Positions 29,073 to 38,380 of a DNA stretch of 64,000 nt are shown here, piece after piece (positions within the stretch are counted from its first letter, which is position 1; each line of letters begins with the position of its first letter). Location of the stretch: the NCBI GenBank assembly GCA_963826535.1, contig CAWGXL010000011.1, positions 512,809-576,808 on the forward strand. Direction: 5' to 3'. Position numbers and translations under genes: made by a program. A model generated the notes under the pieces. It worked only from the letters and a program-made list of their open reading frames with translations. It made no database searches and was not told the origin of the DNA. This DNA comes from an uncultured bacterium. Lineage in GTDB: Bacteria > Patescibacteriota > Microgenomatia > Levybacterales > UBA12049.

Positions 29073-31352
29073 ATGTTTAATAACAAACTAAAAAGAATAA
29101 AAAGCATATTTTCCCCGCGTGGCGCGGTTATTGATAAAGGAGCTATTTACGTAGTTGTCATCTTAACAATACTCATTTTCGGAGGATTTATCTTTGTAGG
29201 AGGAACTCTTCCCACCAAATTACCAAAGGCCAGCTCAGAATTGGTTGCGCTTGTTGTCTCACCTCCAGAACCTACAACTGCCAGTCTGCAGCTACATACC
29301 TTTTACGGAGTGACAAGCACACCACGTCCGCAGCAGCCAACTCTTGCTCCCGAGTCAGACAGCGATCCTGTGCTTATAGATTGCCGCCGAGACATAACAG
29401 GAAGTAGCGAGCCTCAGATGATATGGGGATTTACCTTTGATGCTGCGTCTTCAAGCTTGAGAGCATTTTATACCAATAAAAATGCGCTTGTTCTCGGTTC
29501 AGGAGCTGTGACCCAGATGGGAAGTCACCCTGCGTCTCAAGTTGCAAATCCCTCCATTGGTAACGCAGGTGCAAAAGACAGCGATAACTTACCCCTCTAT
29601 CCTGCAATATTCATAACAGATATTACAAATCTACCTCAAAACATATCAGGAGACTCACAAGGGGGAGGACAGGCAAACAAACCCGGCGCGCTCTACGGCA
29701 CATGGAAGGCAAATGGTACAGCTGACCCTGAAGCAAATGGACAGGAGCGGGGACCAGGCGCTTCAACCTGGCCGCCTGCCAATGGACCACAGGGGATCCA
29801 TGGAGAAGATTTTACAACTGAGATTGTTTGGACAACAGCGTCAATACAAGCACGTGATCCTAGTACAGGTCAGTTTGTATCCCTTCAGCCCGGACATAAA
29901 TACCGGATTCAAATAGTTCTCCATGACGGAGCAAGCCCAAGTGATGTCGGACAAGCTTGTATGCAGTTTAATATGCCCGGGGACGCACCGCCACCTCAAT
30001 CGCAAGCCAATTCCTGTGACGTTTCTTCCACTAATCCCCTAGCGGTACCTGCATTTCCCTGTGCACAAGGAGGAGGAGCAGAAGCCAAAGGAGGTCGGGG
30101 CGGACGAGCAATAGAAGTCACTAACCTCAACGATTCAGGTACAGGAAGTCTTCGGGCATGCGTGGAAGCTTCCGGCCCTCGTACCTGCGTCTTCCGCGTG
30201 GGAGGGACGATCAATCTTTCGAGTACGCTGGGCATAACGAATTCATTTCTCACCGTCGCAGGACAGACCGCTCCCGGGGGAGGCATTACCCTGAGCGGGA
30301 AGAGTATGGGCGAAAATGTGTTTTTATTGAGGGGAGCCAATAATGTTATTGTCCGCTATATACGAGTTCGCAAGGGACAGCATTCATCTTGCGGGGGCTC
30401 TAACCAATGCGGATCAAACGTACGCATGAATAAGGACGCTCACACTGCCATATTCGACCACCTTAGTCTGTCCTGGAATCAGGATGAAGGGATCAACCCG
30501 CACGTCAATACTACGATATCGCACAGCCTCATCTGTTGCGGGTTTAACACGCATCCTACAGGGATACTTTCCGATTCTGGTGCTTCGGGAGTGAATGAAG
30601 ATATTCATCACAATCTTGTAATGAATAACAGCCATCGCAATCCTCTCCTTAGAAACAAGTCGAGCCGTGTTGTCAACAATATCTGGTACAACCAGAGGAG
30701 TTATGTCACCCACGTGAGCGGCGGCATGCAGTTGGACAATATTGGGAACAAGTACAAGAGAGGTCCGCTGACCGGGAACTCAACGTGGCACGAGGTCGGA
30801 GCTTTTTCCGGTTACTCTGGATTATCCGCGCCCGGCATGCCGTCTGTTTACATGAGCGGGAATGTCGGATGGCATCAGCCTAACCCTGCTGGGGATCAGT
30901 GGGCTATGGTTAATCAGATAGGAGGAGAGAATGGTCCGGATACCGGACCCATGCCAACCTCCTGGCGTCGTTCCTCTCCCATGCCCAACACTGCCTACCC
31001 GGTCATTGCTGAACCGGTCGGGAATATTGAAGCGAGCATTCTTCCCATCGTCGGTGCGTCCCGCAGGCTCGACTGCAATGGCAACTGGGTGGCCAACCGG
31101 GATTCGCTGGATACCAGTCTCATCAACCAGTACCAGACCAATACCGGCATCGGTGCTCTGCCGCAAAACGAATCGGGTTATGGGGGATATCCGTCAATCG
31201 CAAACGGCACACCCTGCGCTGACGCCGATCATGACGGTATGCCGGATCAGTGGGAGACAGCCAAAGGATTTAATCCCAACGATCCAAGCGATGGGCCGAC
31301 GATTGCTGCAAACGGTTACTCCAATTTGGAGAATTATATTAACGGGTTGTAA
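29073..31352 (+). CDS. membrane-anchored protein: ~310 aa N-terminal domain shared with 52542..54656, pectate-lyase-like domain, same C-terminal tail
   Basis: N-terminal ~310 aa about 80% identical to the product of 52542..54656. GGRGGRAIEVTNLNDSGTGSLRACV...FRVGGTINL...VAGQTAPGGGI. C-terminal DADHDGMPDQWETAKGFNPNDPSDGPTIAANGYSNLENYINGL. Confidence 0.55.
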   Translation: MFNNKLKRIKSIFSPRGAVIDKGAIYVVVILTILIFGGFIFVGGTLPTKLPKASSELVALVVSPPEPTTASLQLHTFYGVTSTPRPQQPTLAPESDSDPVLIDCRRDITGSSEPQMIWGFTFDAASSSLRAFYTNKNALVLGSGAVTQMGSHPASQVANPSIGNAGAKDSDNLPLYPAIFITDITNLPQNISGDSQGGGQANKPGALYGTWKANGTADPEANGQERGPGASTWPPANGPQGIHGEDFTTEIVWTTASIQARDPSTGQFVSLQPGHKYRIQIVLHDGASPSDVGQACMQFNMPGDAPPPQSQANSCDVSSTNPLAVPAFPCAQGGGAEAKGGRGGRAIEVTNLNDSGTGSLRACVEASGPRTCVFRVGGTINLSSTLGITNSFLTVAGQTAPGGGITLSGKSMGENVFLLRGANNVIVRYIRVRKGQHSSCGGSNQCGSNVRMNKDAHTAIFDHLSLSWNQDEGINPHVNTTISHSLICCGFNTHPTGILSDSGASGVNEDIHHNLVMNNSHRNPLLRNKSSRVVNNIWYNQRSYVTHVSGGMQLDNIGNKYKRGPLTGNSTWHEVGAFSGYSGLSAPGMPSVYMSGNVGWHQPNPAGDQWAMVNQIGGENGPDTGPMPTSWRRSSPMPNTAYPVIAEPVGNIEASILPIVGASRRLDCNGNWVANRDSLDTSLINQYQTNTGIGALPQNESGYGGYPSIANGTPCADADHDGMPDQWETAKGFNPNDPSDGPTIAANGYSNLENYINGL

Positions 31353-31378
31353 CGAGTGGAATATAAAAGGTTTATTAG

Positions 31379-32722
31379 TTAGTTGGCTAGATGGTTGATG
31401 GGTTTTTCGCTTGGTCCCGATTTAACCCCGATTATATCGGGGGGACTCGGAGTTGGGTTTGGTGTAGATGCGAGATTTTTTGTCGTGGAATTGATTGGGA
31501 TGGTGAAGGTGATTGTGGTTCCTTTGTCGGGGTCGGAAACGAGGGCGATGGTACCGCCGTGGGCTTCAACTATTCCTTTGGAGATATATAATCCAAGTCC
31601 GGTTCCTACAGTTGCATTTGGGCTACGGATTTGTGTGAATTTTGAAAAGAGTAGATGTTGTTTTTCTTTGGGAATTCCGATTCCCGTATCGCTTACACTA
31701 ATAGAAATTTTTTCATTGTCAATCCAAGCTCGTATGGTAATAGTACCTCCGCTTGAAGTGAATTTAAGACTGTTAGTGAGTAGATTGTTTATTACCTTGC
31801 GTATCTGATAGCTTTCGAAGCTGGCTTCGGGCACAAGCGGGTCAATTTGGCATACTAAATGGATAGATTTATTTTCAGCAAGATGTTTGTATGCTTCTAC
31901 AGCTTCTGCAATGACTTTTTTAACATCTCCGTTTGTTTTCTGTATTGTAAAAAGTCCGTTGTCTAGCTTAGCAGCATCTAGAATTGTAGATACTTCATCG
32001 AGCATTTTGCCTGTTTGAACGCTGATGATCCCTATCAGGCGCTTTTTTTCATCATCTGTAAGATTTGTTCCTCCTGTTAACATTTCGGAACTGGCTTTGA
32101 TGGAGGTGAGGGGACTGCGCAATTCGTGGACGATGATGCTAGTGAAATCTTCTTTCATTTTTGATAGTGATTTTTCCAAAGTAACATCATGGATTAAAAA
32201 TGAGGCTCCAGTAACTTTGACTTCCTGTTCGTTCCGCTCAGCGGGACTTCGCGGGGCGAGTCCCAAGACACTGGAAACATCGTTGGGAGCCAGGATGGGA
32301 TTTATTGTTACATTAAAGGATTTGTTATCATGGAGTATATTTTTTTCTTCAATTTTTTGGTTTAATTTTATGGCTTTTTCAATTCTTTCACCGAAATTAT
32401 AGGTATTGGGTAGGCTACTTAATACATCTATTATTGACGGGTTGTCTTTTTGCAGTCCCAGGAAATCTTTGGCGGTTTTGTTTATCAAAGTTAGACGGCT
32501 GTTAACATCTACCAAAAAGAGACCGTCATCAAGGTTCCCAACTAATGATGTCAAATCGTGTTTTTCTCTAACCAGTGCTTCCTGCAACTTTTTTTCATTT
32601 TCGTTGAGTGCCTTTTTAAGTTTTTCTTCTTTAATAGAGTAAAAAATGGCAAGTATGCCAAAAAATAATGTTGCAGAAATAGCAATGATTATGGGCAGGT
32701 CCATGATAAGTTCAAAGTTCAA
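31379..32722 (-). CDS. sensor histidine kinase (TM, PAS-like, HisKA, HATPase_c)
   Basis: H-box IIVHELRSPLTSI. ATP-lid GTGLGLYISKGIVEAHGG. Contains an in-frame GC-rich mini-element at 32226-32265. Confidence 0.8.
   Translation of the reverse strand: MNFELIMDLPIIIAISATLFFGILAIFYSIKEEKLKKALNENEKKLQEALVREKHDLTSLVGNLDDGLFLVDVNSRLTLINKTAKDFLGLQKDNPSIIDVLSSLPNTYNFGERIEKAIKLNQKIEEKNILHDNKSFNVTINPILAPNDVSSVLGLAPRSPAERNEQEVKVTGASFLIHDVTLEKSLSKMKEDFTSIIVHELRSPLTSIKASSEMLTGGTNLTDDEKKRLIGIISVQTGKMLDEVSTILDAAKLDNGLFTIQKTNGDVKKVIAEAVEAYKHLAENKSIHLVCQIDPLVPEASFESYQIRKVINNLLTNSLKFTSSGGTITIRAWIDNEKISISVSDTGIGIPKEKQHLLFSKFTQIRSPNATVGTGLGLYISKGIVEAHGGTIALVSDPDKGTTITFTIPINSTTKNLASTPNPTPSPPDIIGVKSGPSEKPINHLAN
32226..32265. 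repeat. GC-rich hairpin mini-element (CCGCTCAGCGGGACTTCGCGGGGC family) in-frame in the histidine kinase gene
   Basis: Reverse orientation of the comEC copy. Translated as LGLAPRSPAERN. Confidence 0.6.
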
Positions 32723-32765
32723 AGTTAAAAGTTCTAAGTGAAAAGTTATAAAGTATTTTTAGCTT

Positions 32766-33005
32766 CTAATCTTTGTTGATATTTGATAGTTTTTCTTGAT
32801 TGGCAGTAGGAGTTGGTTGTTCTGTGGAAGGGAGGCTCTCTTCTTCGGGGGGCAAGGGTGCAGGTATTCCGCTCAGTGGGACTGACGGGGTTTCGTCAGC
32901 CCCGATTAAATCGGGGTCAGGTGGAGTTGCCGGAGGGGTATCGCTCAGCGGGGCTGGAGGTGGGGTGGTGGTTGATTTTTGGGATTCCTCGTCGGTCGGT
33001 TGCAT
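32766..33005 (-). CDS. 79-aa Pro/Thr-rich ORF between receiver and kinase genes, built largely from GC-rich repeat modules
   Basis: GC-rich 200 nt containing CCGCTCAGTGGGACTGACGGGG and a CCCCGATTAAATCGGGG hairpin. Starts 2 nt after the receiver-gene stop. Confidence 0.3.
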   Translation of the reverse strand: MQPTDEESQKSTTTPPPAPLSDTPPATPPDPDLIGADETPSVPLSGIPAPLPPEEESLPSTEQPTPTANQEKLSNINKD

Positions 33006-33006
33006 G

Positions 33007-33384
33007 TTATTTACTTTGGACTTCTTGTAAGAGATTTTTTATCTTGTTTACAAGATCCATCGGTTCTACCTGGTATTTAAGGATGTAGTCTAGTGCCCCT
33101 TGTTGAATTGCTTCCTGCATCAATTGAGAATCAGAATAATTTGAGGCCATTGCCATTGGGATCATATTGGTTGTTGGATCTTCTTTGAGGGTTTTGAGTA
33201 CATCGTTGCCTTTCATATCGGGCATAATTTGATCTATGAGGATAAAATCCGGTTTTTGTGATTTTGCCTGATCAATGCCTGACCTTCCGTCAATAGCGCT
33301 CAATACTTCGAAGCCGTTTTGTTTTAACATAATTTTCCAGATTTCTGTAATATTTGCGTCATCGTCAATTATTAACACTTTCAT
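33007..33384 (-). CDS. single-domain response regulator (CheY-like receiver)
   Basis: MKVLIIDDD...; phospho-acceptor D in ...FILIDQIMPDMKG; conserved T and K. Confidence 0.8.
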   Translation of the reverse strand: MKVLIIDDDANITEIWKIMLKQNGFEVLSAIDGRSGIDQAKSQKPDFILIDQIMPDMKGNDVLKTLKEDPTTNMIPMAMASNYSDSQLMQEAIQQGALDYILKYQVEPMDLVNKIKNLLQEVQSK

Positions 33385-33581
33385 ACTCTATTTAGGCTAA
33401 CAGGAATTTATTTAAAATGCAATAGGAAATGGACATTATTTGGGTGATAAAATAGAAGTCATATTTTAAGTAGGGACCGGTATAGATTTTACTTTTTATT
33501 AAAATCCAATTAAAAGGCACCAATGAAGCTTGTTTTAGGTTCCCGGGAGATGGTAAAATATAAGATATAATAAAATAAATA

Positions 33582-34490
33582 ATGACCTTTCTTGAAAAAT
33601 ATCAGCTCCTGAAAAAATCTGTTCCTGTTCCGGCAGTGACGATTCCAAACTCGGTTAATTGTGATTTTGTGGATTATTGCTATTGGTGTAAAAATTGTTA
33701 TTATTGCTTTAATGGACACAAACTTGTAGATGGAATTTATACAAATGCGGGATGGGGAAATAAGCTTGTAGATTGTGATTTAGTTACGGAGTCGGAAAAG
33801 TGTTACAAATGTATTGATAGCAACGCGTGTAATAGTTGCACATACCTAATAGAATGTAATAGCTGCACAGATTGTCATTTTTCTGCCTTTTTAAACTCAT
33901 GCATTGATTGTTTCGGTTGTATTGCTCTCACGCATAAAAAATATTGTATTTTGAACATTCAGTACGGCAAGGATGAATATTTTAAAAAGGTTGAAAAAAT
34001 GAAAAAAGAGAAGCCCGAAAAGATTCTTGCCCAAATGCTTGAACTAAAACAACAGATTCCGCATCCGGCAAGCCAGCAATTCAATAGCGTGAATTGTCCA
34101 TATGGTAATTTTATATATAATTCAAAGAACAGTTACTGGTGTTTTAATAATTACACTATTGAAAATTCCGGTTATAATTTCGTGAGTAATAATGTAAAGA
34201 ATTGTTGGGATGTCTGGTACTCCGGCGGAGACTCGACTAAAAAAACTTTCTCTGAACAATGTTATGAATATATATATTCTGCAAATTGCTACGAATGCGC
34301 TTTTATATACAATTGTCATTCTTGCACGAATAGTTACTACAGTGAAAATCTTATAAACTGCTCCGATTGTTTCGGGTGCGTAGGTCTAAAAAATAAGAAG
34401 TATTGCATTTTAAATAATCAGCTATCCAAAGAACAATATGGAAAGGCTGTTAGTGGGATTAAGAAAGAGCTAGGGTGGAGAGAATTATGA
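33582..34490 (+). CDS. Cys-rich internal-repeat protein (302 aa), paralog of 62434..63342
   Basis: Repeated CxxC / Cx2Cx2C spacing (NCYYCFN, KCYKCIDSNACNSCTYLIECNSCTDCHF, DCFGCIAL..KKYCILN). Two ~150 aa half-repeats. Confidence 0.55.
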   Translation: MTFLEKYQLLKKSVPVPAVTIPNSVNCDFVDYCYWCKNCYYCFNGHKLVDGIYTNAGWGNKLVDCDLVTESEKCYKCIDSNACNSCTYLIECNSCTDCHFSAFLNSCIDCFGCIALTHKKYCILNIQYGKDEYFKKVEKMKKEKPEKILAQMLELKQQIPHPASQQFNSVNCPYGNFIYNSKNSYWCFNNYTIENSGYNFVSNNVKNCWDVWYSGGDSTKKTFSEQCYEYIYSANCYECAFIYNCHSCTNSYYSENLINCSDCFGCVGLKNKKYCILNNQLSKEQYGKAVSGIKKELGWREL

Positions 34491-36352
34491 CGGTTAAAGA
34501 ACAATTGGTAAAAGATTTACATTCGATAGTTAAAAAACTGGGGGGGGATTTTACTCCGGTGGTGGAGTTTCCGGCGGATTTGGGGCATGGAGATTTTACT
34601 ACTAACGCTGCTCTAGTTCTGGGGAAGACGTTAAAGCGTGATCCGATGGAAGTGGCGGAGATAATAAGTTCAAAGTTCAAAGTTCAAAGTTCAAAGTTCA
34701 AAATTATTGAAAAAATAGAGGTGGTGAGGCCGGGGTTTGTTAATTTTTGGTTTAGCGGGGGATATCTTAATACAGAGCTTGAAAGATTGAAGAAAGTTGA
34801 TTTTTTCTCAAATAATAAAAATCAAAAGGGGAGAGTGGTTGTTGAATACTCCAGTCCAAATATAGCAAAACCTTTCACAATAGGTCATTTACGATCAACA
34901 ATTATTGGGGATGCAATTGCTAATTTATTACAAGCTACAGGTTGGGAGGTTTATAGGGATAATCATTTGGGGGATTGGGGAACTCAGTTTGGGAAGCAAA
35001 TTTATGCAATTAAAGAATGGGGGGATGAAAAGAAGCTTGATGAATCTGAACATCCGGTAAAGATGCTTGTGGAATTATATGTGAGATTTCATGCAGAGAC
35101 GGCCGCGTCAAACGCGGTTAGAAAGGAAAATGAAGTTGATGCAATGTCAAACGTTGCCAATATTGAGGATGAGGCTCGAAAATGGTTTAAGCGGCTTGAA
35201 GAGGGGGACATAGAGGCGAAAAGACTATGGCAGAAATGTGTTGATTGGTCATGGAGGGAGTTTGATGCAATTTATAAACAGCTCGGGGTTTCATTTACAG
35301 AAAATGAGGGGCGTGGATATGGCGAATCTTTTTTTGAAGACAAGATGGAATCCGTTGTTGAGGAACTTGAACAAAAGAAACTTCTTAAGGAATCTGAAGG
35401 GGCAAAGCTTGTTTTTTTTCCTGGCGATAAATATTCGCCACTTATGATTATTAAAAAAGATGGTGCTACCCTTTATGCAACTCGGGATTTGGCGACTGAT
35501 AAGTTTCGTTTAGATAAGTATGGTAAAGATATTTTGGTTATCAATGAAGCCGGAGCTGAGCAGTCATTATATTTTCAACAGCTTTTTGCAGTTGAGGAGA
35601 TGCTTGGTTGGTTCAAAAAAACAAAGAGGGTTCATATAAAACATGGCTTATATCGTTTTAAAGATGAAAAGATGTCTACCAGAAAGGGGAGTGTGATTTG
35701 GTTAAAAGATGTTCTTTATGCAGCAAACCACCAGGCTTTGCAATTGATGAGTAATAAATTTGAATTTGACATAGACGACAAAGTAAACGTGAAAAAGAAA
35801 GATAACAAGCATGTGATTTTAGAGAGAAAAGAGGCTGTAGATAATGCTTCGGTGGTAGGTATTGGTGCTCTGAAATGGAACGATCTAAAGCGGGATTCCA
35901 AGCAGGATATTACATTTGATTGGAGAGAGGCATTGAATATGGAAGGGAACTCCGGGCCGTATTTACAATATACATACGCAAGAACACAAAGTGTTTTGCG
36001 TAAATCCGAAATTCGAATATCGAAATACGAAACAAATTCAAAATTCAAAATTCAAAATTCAAAATTAGAACAAGAAGAGTTACTGCTATTGCGTTCGCTT
36101 GTGAGATTCGAGGAGGTTGTGCTCGAGGCAGCGGAGAAGTATGCGCCGAATATTCTTTGTAATTATTTGTTTGTTTTAGCACAGGCGTTTAATTTGTTTT
36201 ATCAGAAGTTGCCGATATTGACCCCAATCAAATCGGGGATGAAAGAAATAGGGGAGATTAGGGATATGCGTTTAGCTTTGACTGAGGGGACAGGAAAAGT
36301 TATAAAATTGGGGCTTGAGCTATTGGGGATTGAGGCACCAACACGCATGTAG
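34475..36352 (+). CDS. argS: arginyl-tRNA synthetase with two in-frame AT-rich repeat insertions
   Basis: PNIAKPFTIGHLRSTIIGD (HIGH region). Insertions (CAAAGTT)4 at 34671-34705 (SSKFKVQSSKFKII) and a CGAAAT/CAAAATT repeat at 36018-36068 (RISKYETNSKFKIQNSKLE). Confidence 0.85.
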   Translation: MERIMTVKEQLVKDLHSIVKKLGGDFTPVVEFPADLGHGDFTTNAALVLGKTLKRDPMEVAEIISSKFKVQSSKFKIIEKIEVVRPGFVNFWFSGGYLNTELERLKKVDFFSNNKNQKGRVVVEYSSPNIAKPFTIGHLRSTIIGDAIANLLQATGWEVYRDNHLGDWGTQFGKQIYAIKEWGDEKKLDESEHPVKMLVELYVRFHAETAASNAVRKENEVDAMSNVANIEDEARKWFKRLEEGDIEAKRLWQKCVDWSWREFDAIYKQLGVSFTENEGRGYGESFFEDKMESVVEELEQKKLLKESEGAKLVFFPGDKYSPLMIIKKDGATLYATRDLATDKFRLDKYGKDILVINEAGAEQSLYFQQLFAVEEMLGWFKKTKRVHIKHGLYRFKDEKMSTRKGSVIWLKDVLYAANHQALQLMSNKFEFDIDDKVNVKKKDNKHVILERKEAVDNASVVGIGALKWNDLKRDSKQDITFDWREALNMEGNSGPYLQYTYARTQSVLRKSEIRISKYETNSKFKIQNSKLEQEELLLLRSLVRFEEVVLEAAEKYAPNILCNYLFVLAQAFNLFYQKLPILTPIKSGMKEIGEIRDMRLALTEGTGKVIKLGLELLGIEAPTRM

Positions 36353-36370
36353 AAAAAAAATAATTTCTTA

Positions 36371-37258
36371 TTATCTTATAAAGACAATAGAAGAAACCTT
36401 TGTTGCTTCTGATTTTTCAATCTCATATGCTCTGTTGCGGAGTTGTTGTAATTTTTTCATTCGAATATCAAATCGTTCCAAAAAATCCTCATTTTTTTTA
36501 TCTTTTCTCATAATTGTAAGATCTTTAATGTCACACGAATCAATTAAAACAAGCCTAGGAGATCCTTTGTAATCTGCGATGCTAAGATTTTTTACTCCTA
36601 ATATATCTATAGTACGGTCAGATCTAGTCACATCATGGGAAACTTTGTCTGCAACCTTTATGAAGTTTCTTCGTACGGAAGGATTTTGTGAAAAAAATAT
36701 AGTAAGTTGGTTATCAGTAAAATCTTCAAAAACACCCCGAAATTTTTCAATATATGGTTGTACAGTGCCTACGGCCTTCTGATTTCTAAATGGTAAACGA
36801 CCGATAAAGAATTCACTTGGTACGACAAAATCTTTCACATCCCGAAACCATTCGGATATTTGGTCATGGTCAGATTTTATTTTTCTAGCTCTTTCCAGTT
36901 GCTGCACTAAAGGTAATTCAATAGATGTCTTATCCATTTTTACAACTGTTGGATTTTCTCCTTTTAGCAGGAAGACAAAGTTTTCTCCACCATATCCCTG
37001 AAGCACAGGTTTTTCTTCAAAAGGAAGGCCAGTTGAATTGAAATAAAAATTAGATATAGCAGGTTTCGCATTAACTCCTATGCTATTTAATGCTTTTATG
37101 GCAAGCTGTATAGTTGCGAGAAGCCGTCTTGGTTTTGGTTCGTTAGAATTTACTAAGGTCTTACCTAAGTCTGAGGCAGGCGGTTCAGGAGAAAGTCCCA
37201 TTAGAAAGAGTTCATGTTGAACATCTGTAGTTAAATAACTAGATATTACTCTTTCCAT
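36371..37258 (-). CDS. hypothetical protein with protein-kinase-like fold signatures
   Basis: Gly-rich QGYGGENFVF, VVK lysine, catalytic-loop-like DILGVKN and LIDSCD (DFG-like) at kinase-typical spacing. Confidence 0.3.
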   Translation of the reverse strand: MERVISSYLTTDVQHELFLMGLSPEPPASDLGKTLVNSNEPKPRRLLATIQLAIKALNSIGVNAKPAISNFYFNSTGLPFEEKPVLQGYGGENFVFLLKGENPTVVKMDKTSIELPLVQQLERARKIKSDHDQISEWFRDVKDFVVPSEFFIGRLPFRNQKAVGTVQPYIEKFRGVFEDFTDNQLTIFFSQNPSVRRNFIKVADKVSHDVTRSDRTIDILGVKNLSIADYKGSPRLVLIDSCDIKDLTIMRKDKKNEDFLERFDIRMKKLQQLRNRAYEIEKSEATKVSSIVFIR

Positions 37259-37365
37259 CCCGATATTATACTATGGGTCTGATAAATTTACAAGGTGAGG
37301 CGGATTCTAGAAAATACTTTAGAAGTGTGTTAATATTTGGTTTAAATAATTATTTTTTTAAAAAT

Positions 37366-37749
37366 ATGAATAAGCTAACAGCTCAGGAAAAGAGGGTGAT
37401 CGAAGAGCGGGGGACGGAGGCTCCGTTTTCGGGGGAGTATGATAATTTTTATGAGGACGGGACGTTTGTTTGCCGCAAATGTAATGCCCCTTTATTTGGG
37501 GCAAAAAGCAAATTTGATGCAGGGTGCGGGTGGCCGAGTTTTGATGAAAATTTTCCAAATGCTGTAAAGCGCATTGCTGATCCTGATGGGTTTAGAACTG
37601 AGATAGAATGCGCTAATTGCGGGGCTCATTTAGGTCATGTATTTACGGGTGAGCAAATGACCGCAAAGGATACAAGACATTGCGTTAATTCATTGTCAAT
37701 TCGATTTGTTCCTCAGGGAAAGGGGTTGCCGGAAACATTACATGAATAA
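37366..37749 (+). CDS. msrB: peptide-methionine (R)-S-oxide reductase
   Basis: Zinc CxxC pairs (CRKCNAPLF, CANCGAHLGHVF) and catalytic RHCVNS. Confidence 0.85.
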   Translation: MNKLTAQEKRVIEERGTEAPFSGEYDNFYEDGTFVCRKCNAPLFGAKSKFDAGCGWPSFDENFPNAVKRIADPDGFRTEIECANCGAHLGHVFTGEQMTAKDTRHCVNSLSIRFVPQGKGLPETLHE

Positions 37750-38293
37750 AAGTACTGAGATAGCAACATTGGCAGGCGGGTGTTTTTGGTGTACGGAGGC
37801 AATATTTAAGAGGCTTAAAGGAGTTAAGTCTGTAGTGCCCGGCTATTCAGGTGGAGATATAGAGAATCCTACATATGAACAGGTTTGCTCAGGTGGTACA
37901 GGACATGCGGAAGCCATACAAATAGAATTTGATCCAAGCAAAATCCCTTTTGAGAAAATCTTGGATATTTTCTGGCATACCCATAACCCAACTACACTTA
38001 ATCAGCAGGGCAATGATATCGGTACACAATATCGTTCTTCAATTTTTTATCATGATAAAAGCCAACAAGAAATTGCTGAAAAATCTAAAGCTGAACTTGG
38101 AAAATCACGGTTGTATAAAGATCCAATTGTTACTGAAATTGTTCCCTTTAGCAAATTTTATATTGCGGAGGATTATCATAAGGACTATTTTGATAGCAAT
38201 AGGGAGAAGTCGTATTGTAATTTTGTGATCGACCCAAAGATTCACAAGCTTTTGAAAGAATATGGTCAGGATGTGAAAGATGAATATAAATAG
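37742..38293 (+). CDS. msrA: peptide-methionine (S)-S-oxide reductase
   Basis: ATLAGGCFWCTEA active-site motif. Overlaps the msrB stop. Confidence 0.85.
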   Translation: MNKSTEIATLAGGCFWCTEAIFKRLKGVKSVVPGYSGGDIENPTYEQVCSGGTGHAEAIQIEFDPSKIPFEKILDIFWHTHNPTTLNQQGNDIGTQYRSSIFYHDKSQQEIAEKSKAELGKSRLYKDPIVTEIVPFSKFYIAEDYHKDYFDSNREKSYCNFVIDPKIHKLLKEYGQDVKDEYK

Positions 38294-38380
38294 AGGGGTG
38301 GCTTGGCAAAGGGCTGTAATATCAATTATATAAGGCTCAGGGTTCATGATTTTTCAATTATAACCTGGTAAAATTTTAGT

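Noticed and set aside
34671-36068. CRISPR array from the heptamer/AT-rich repeats
   Set aside because: Repeats are 7-nt units or imperfect palindromes without regular unique spacers. Several lie inside intact coding frames.
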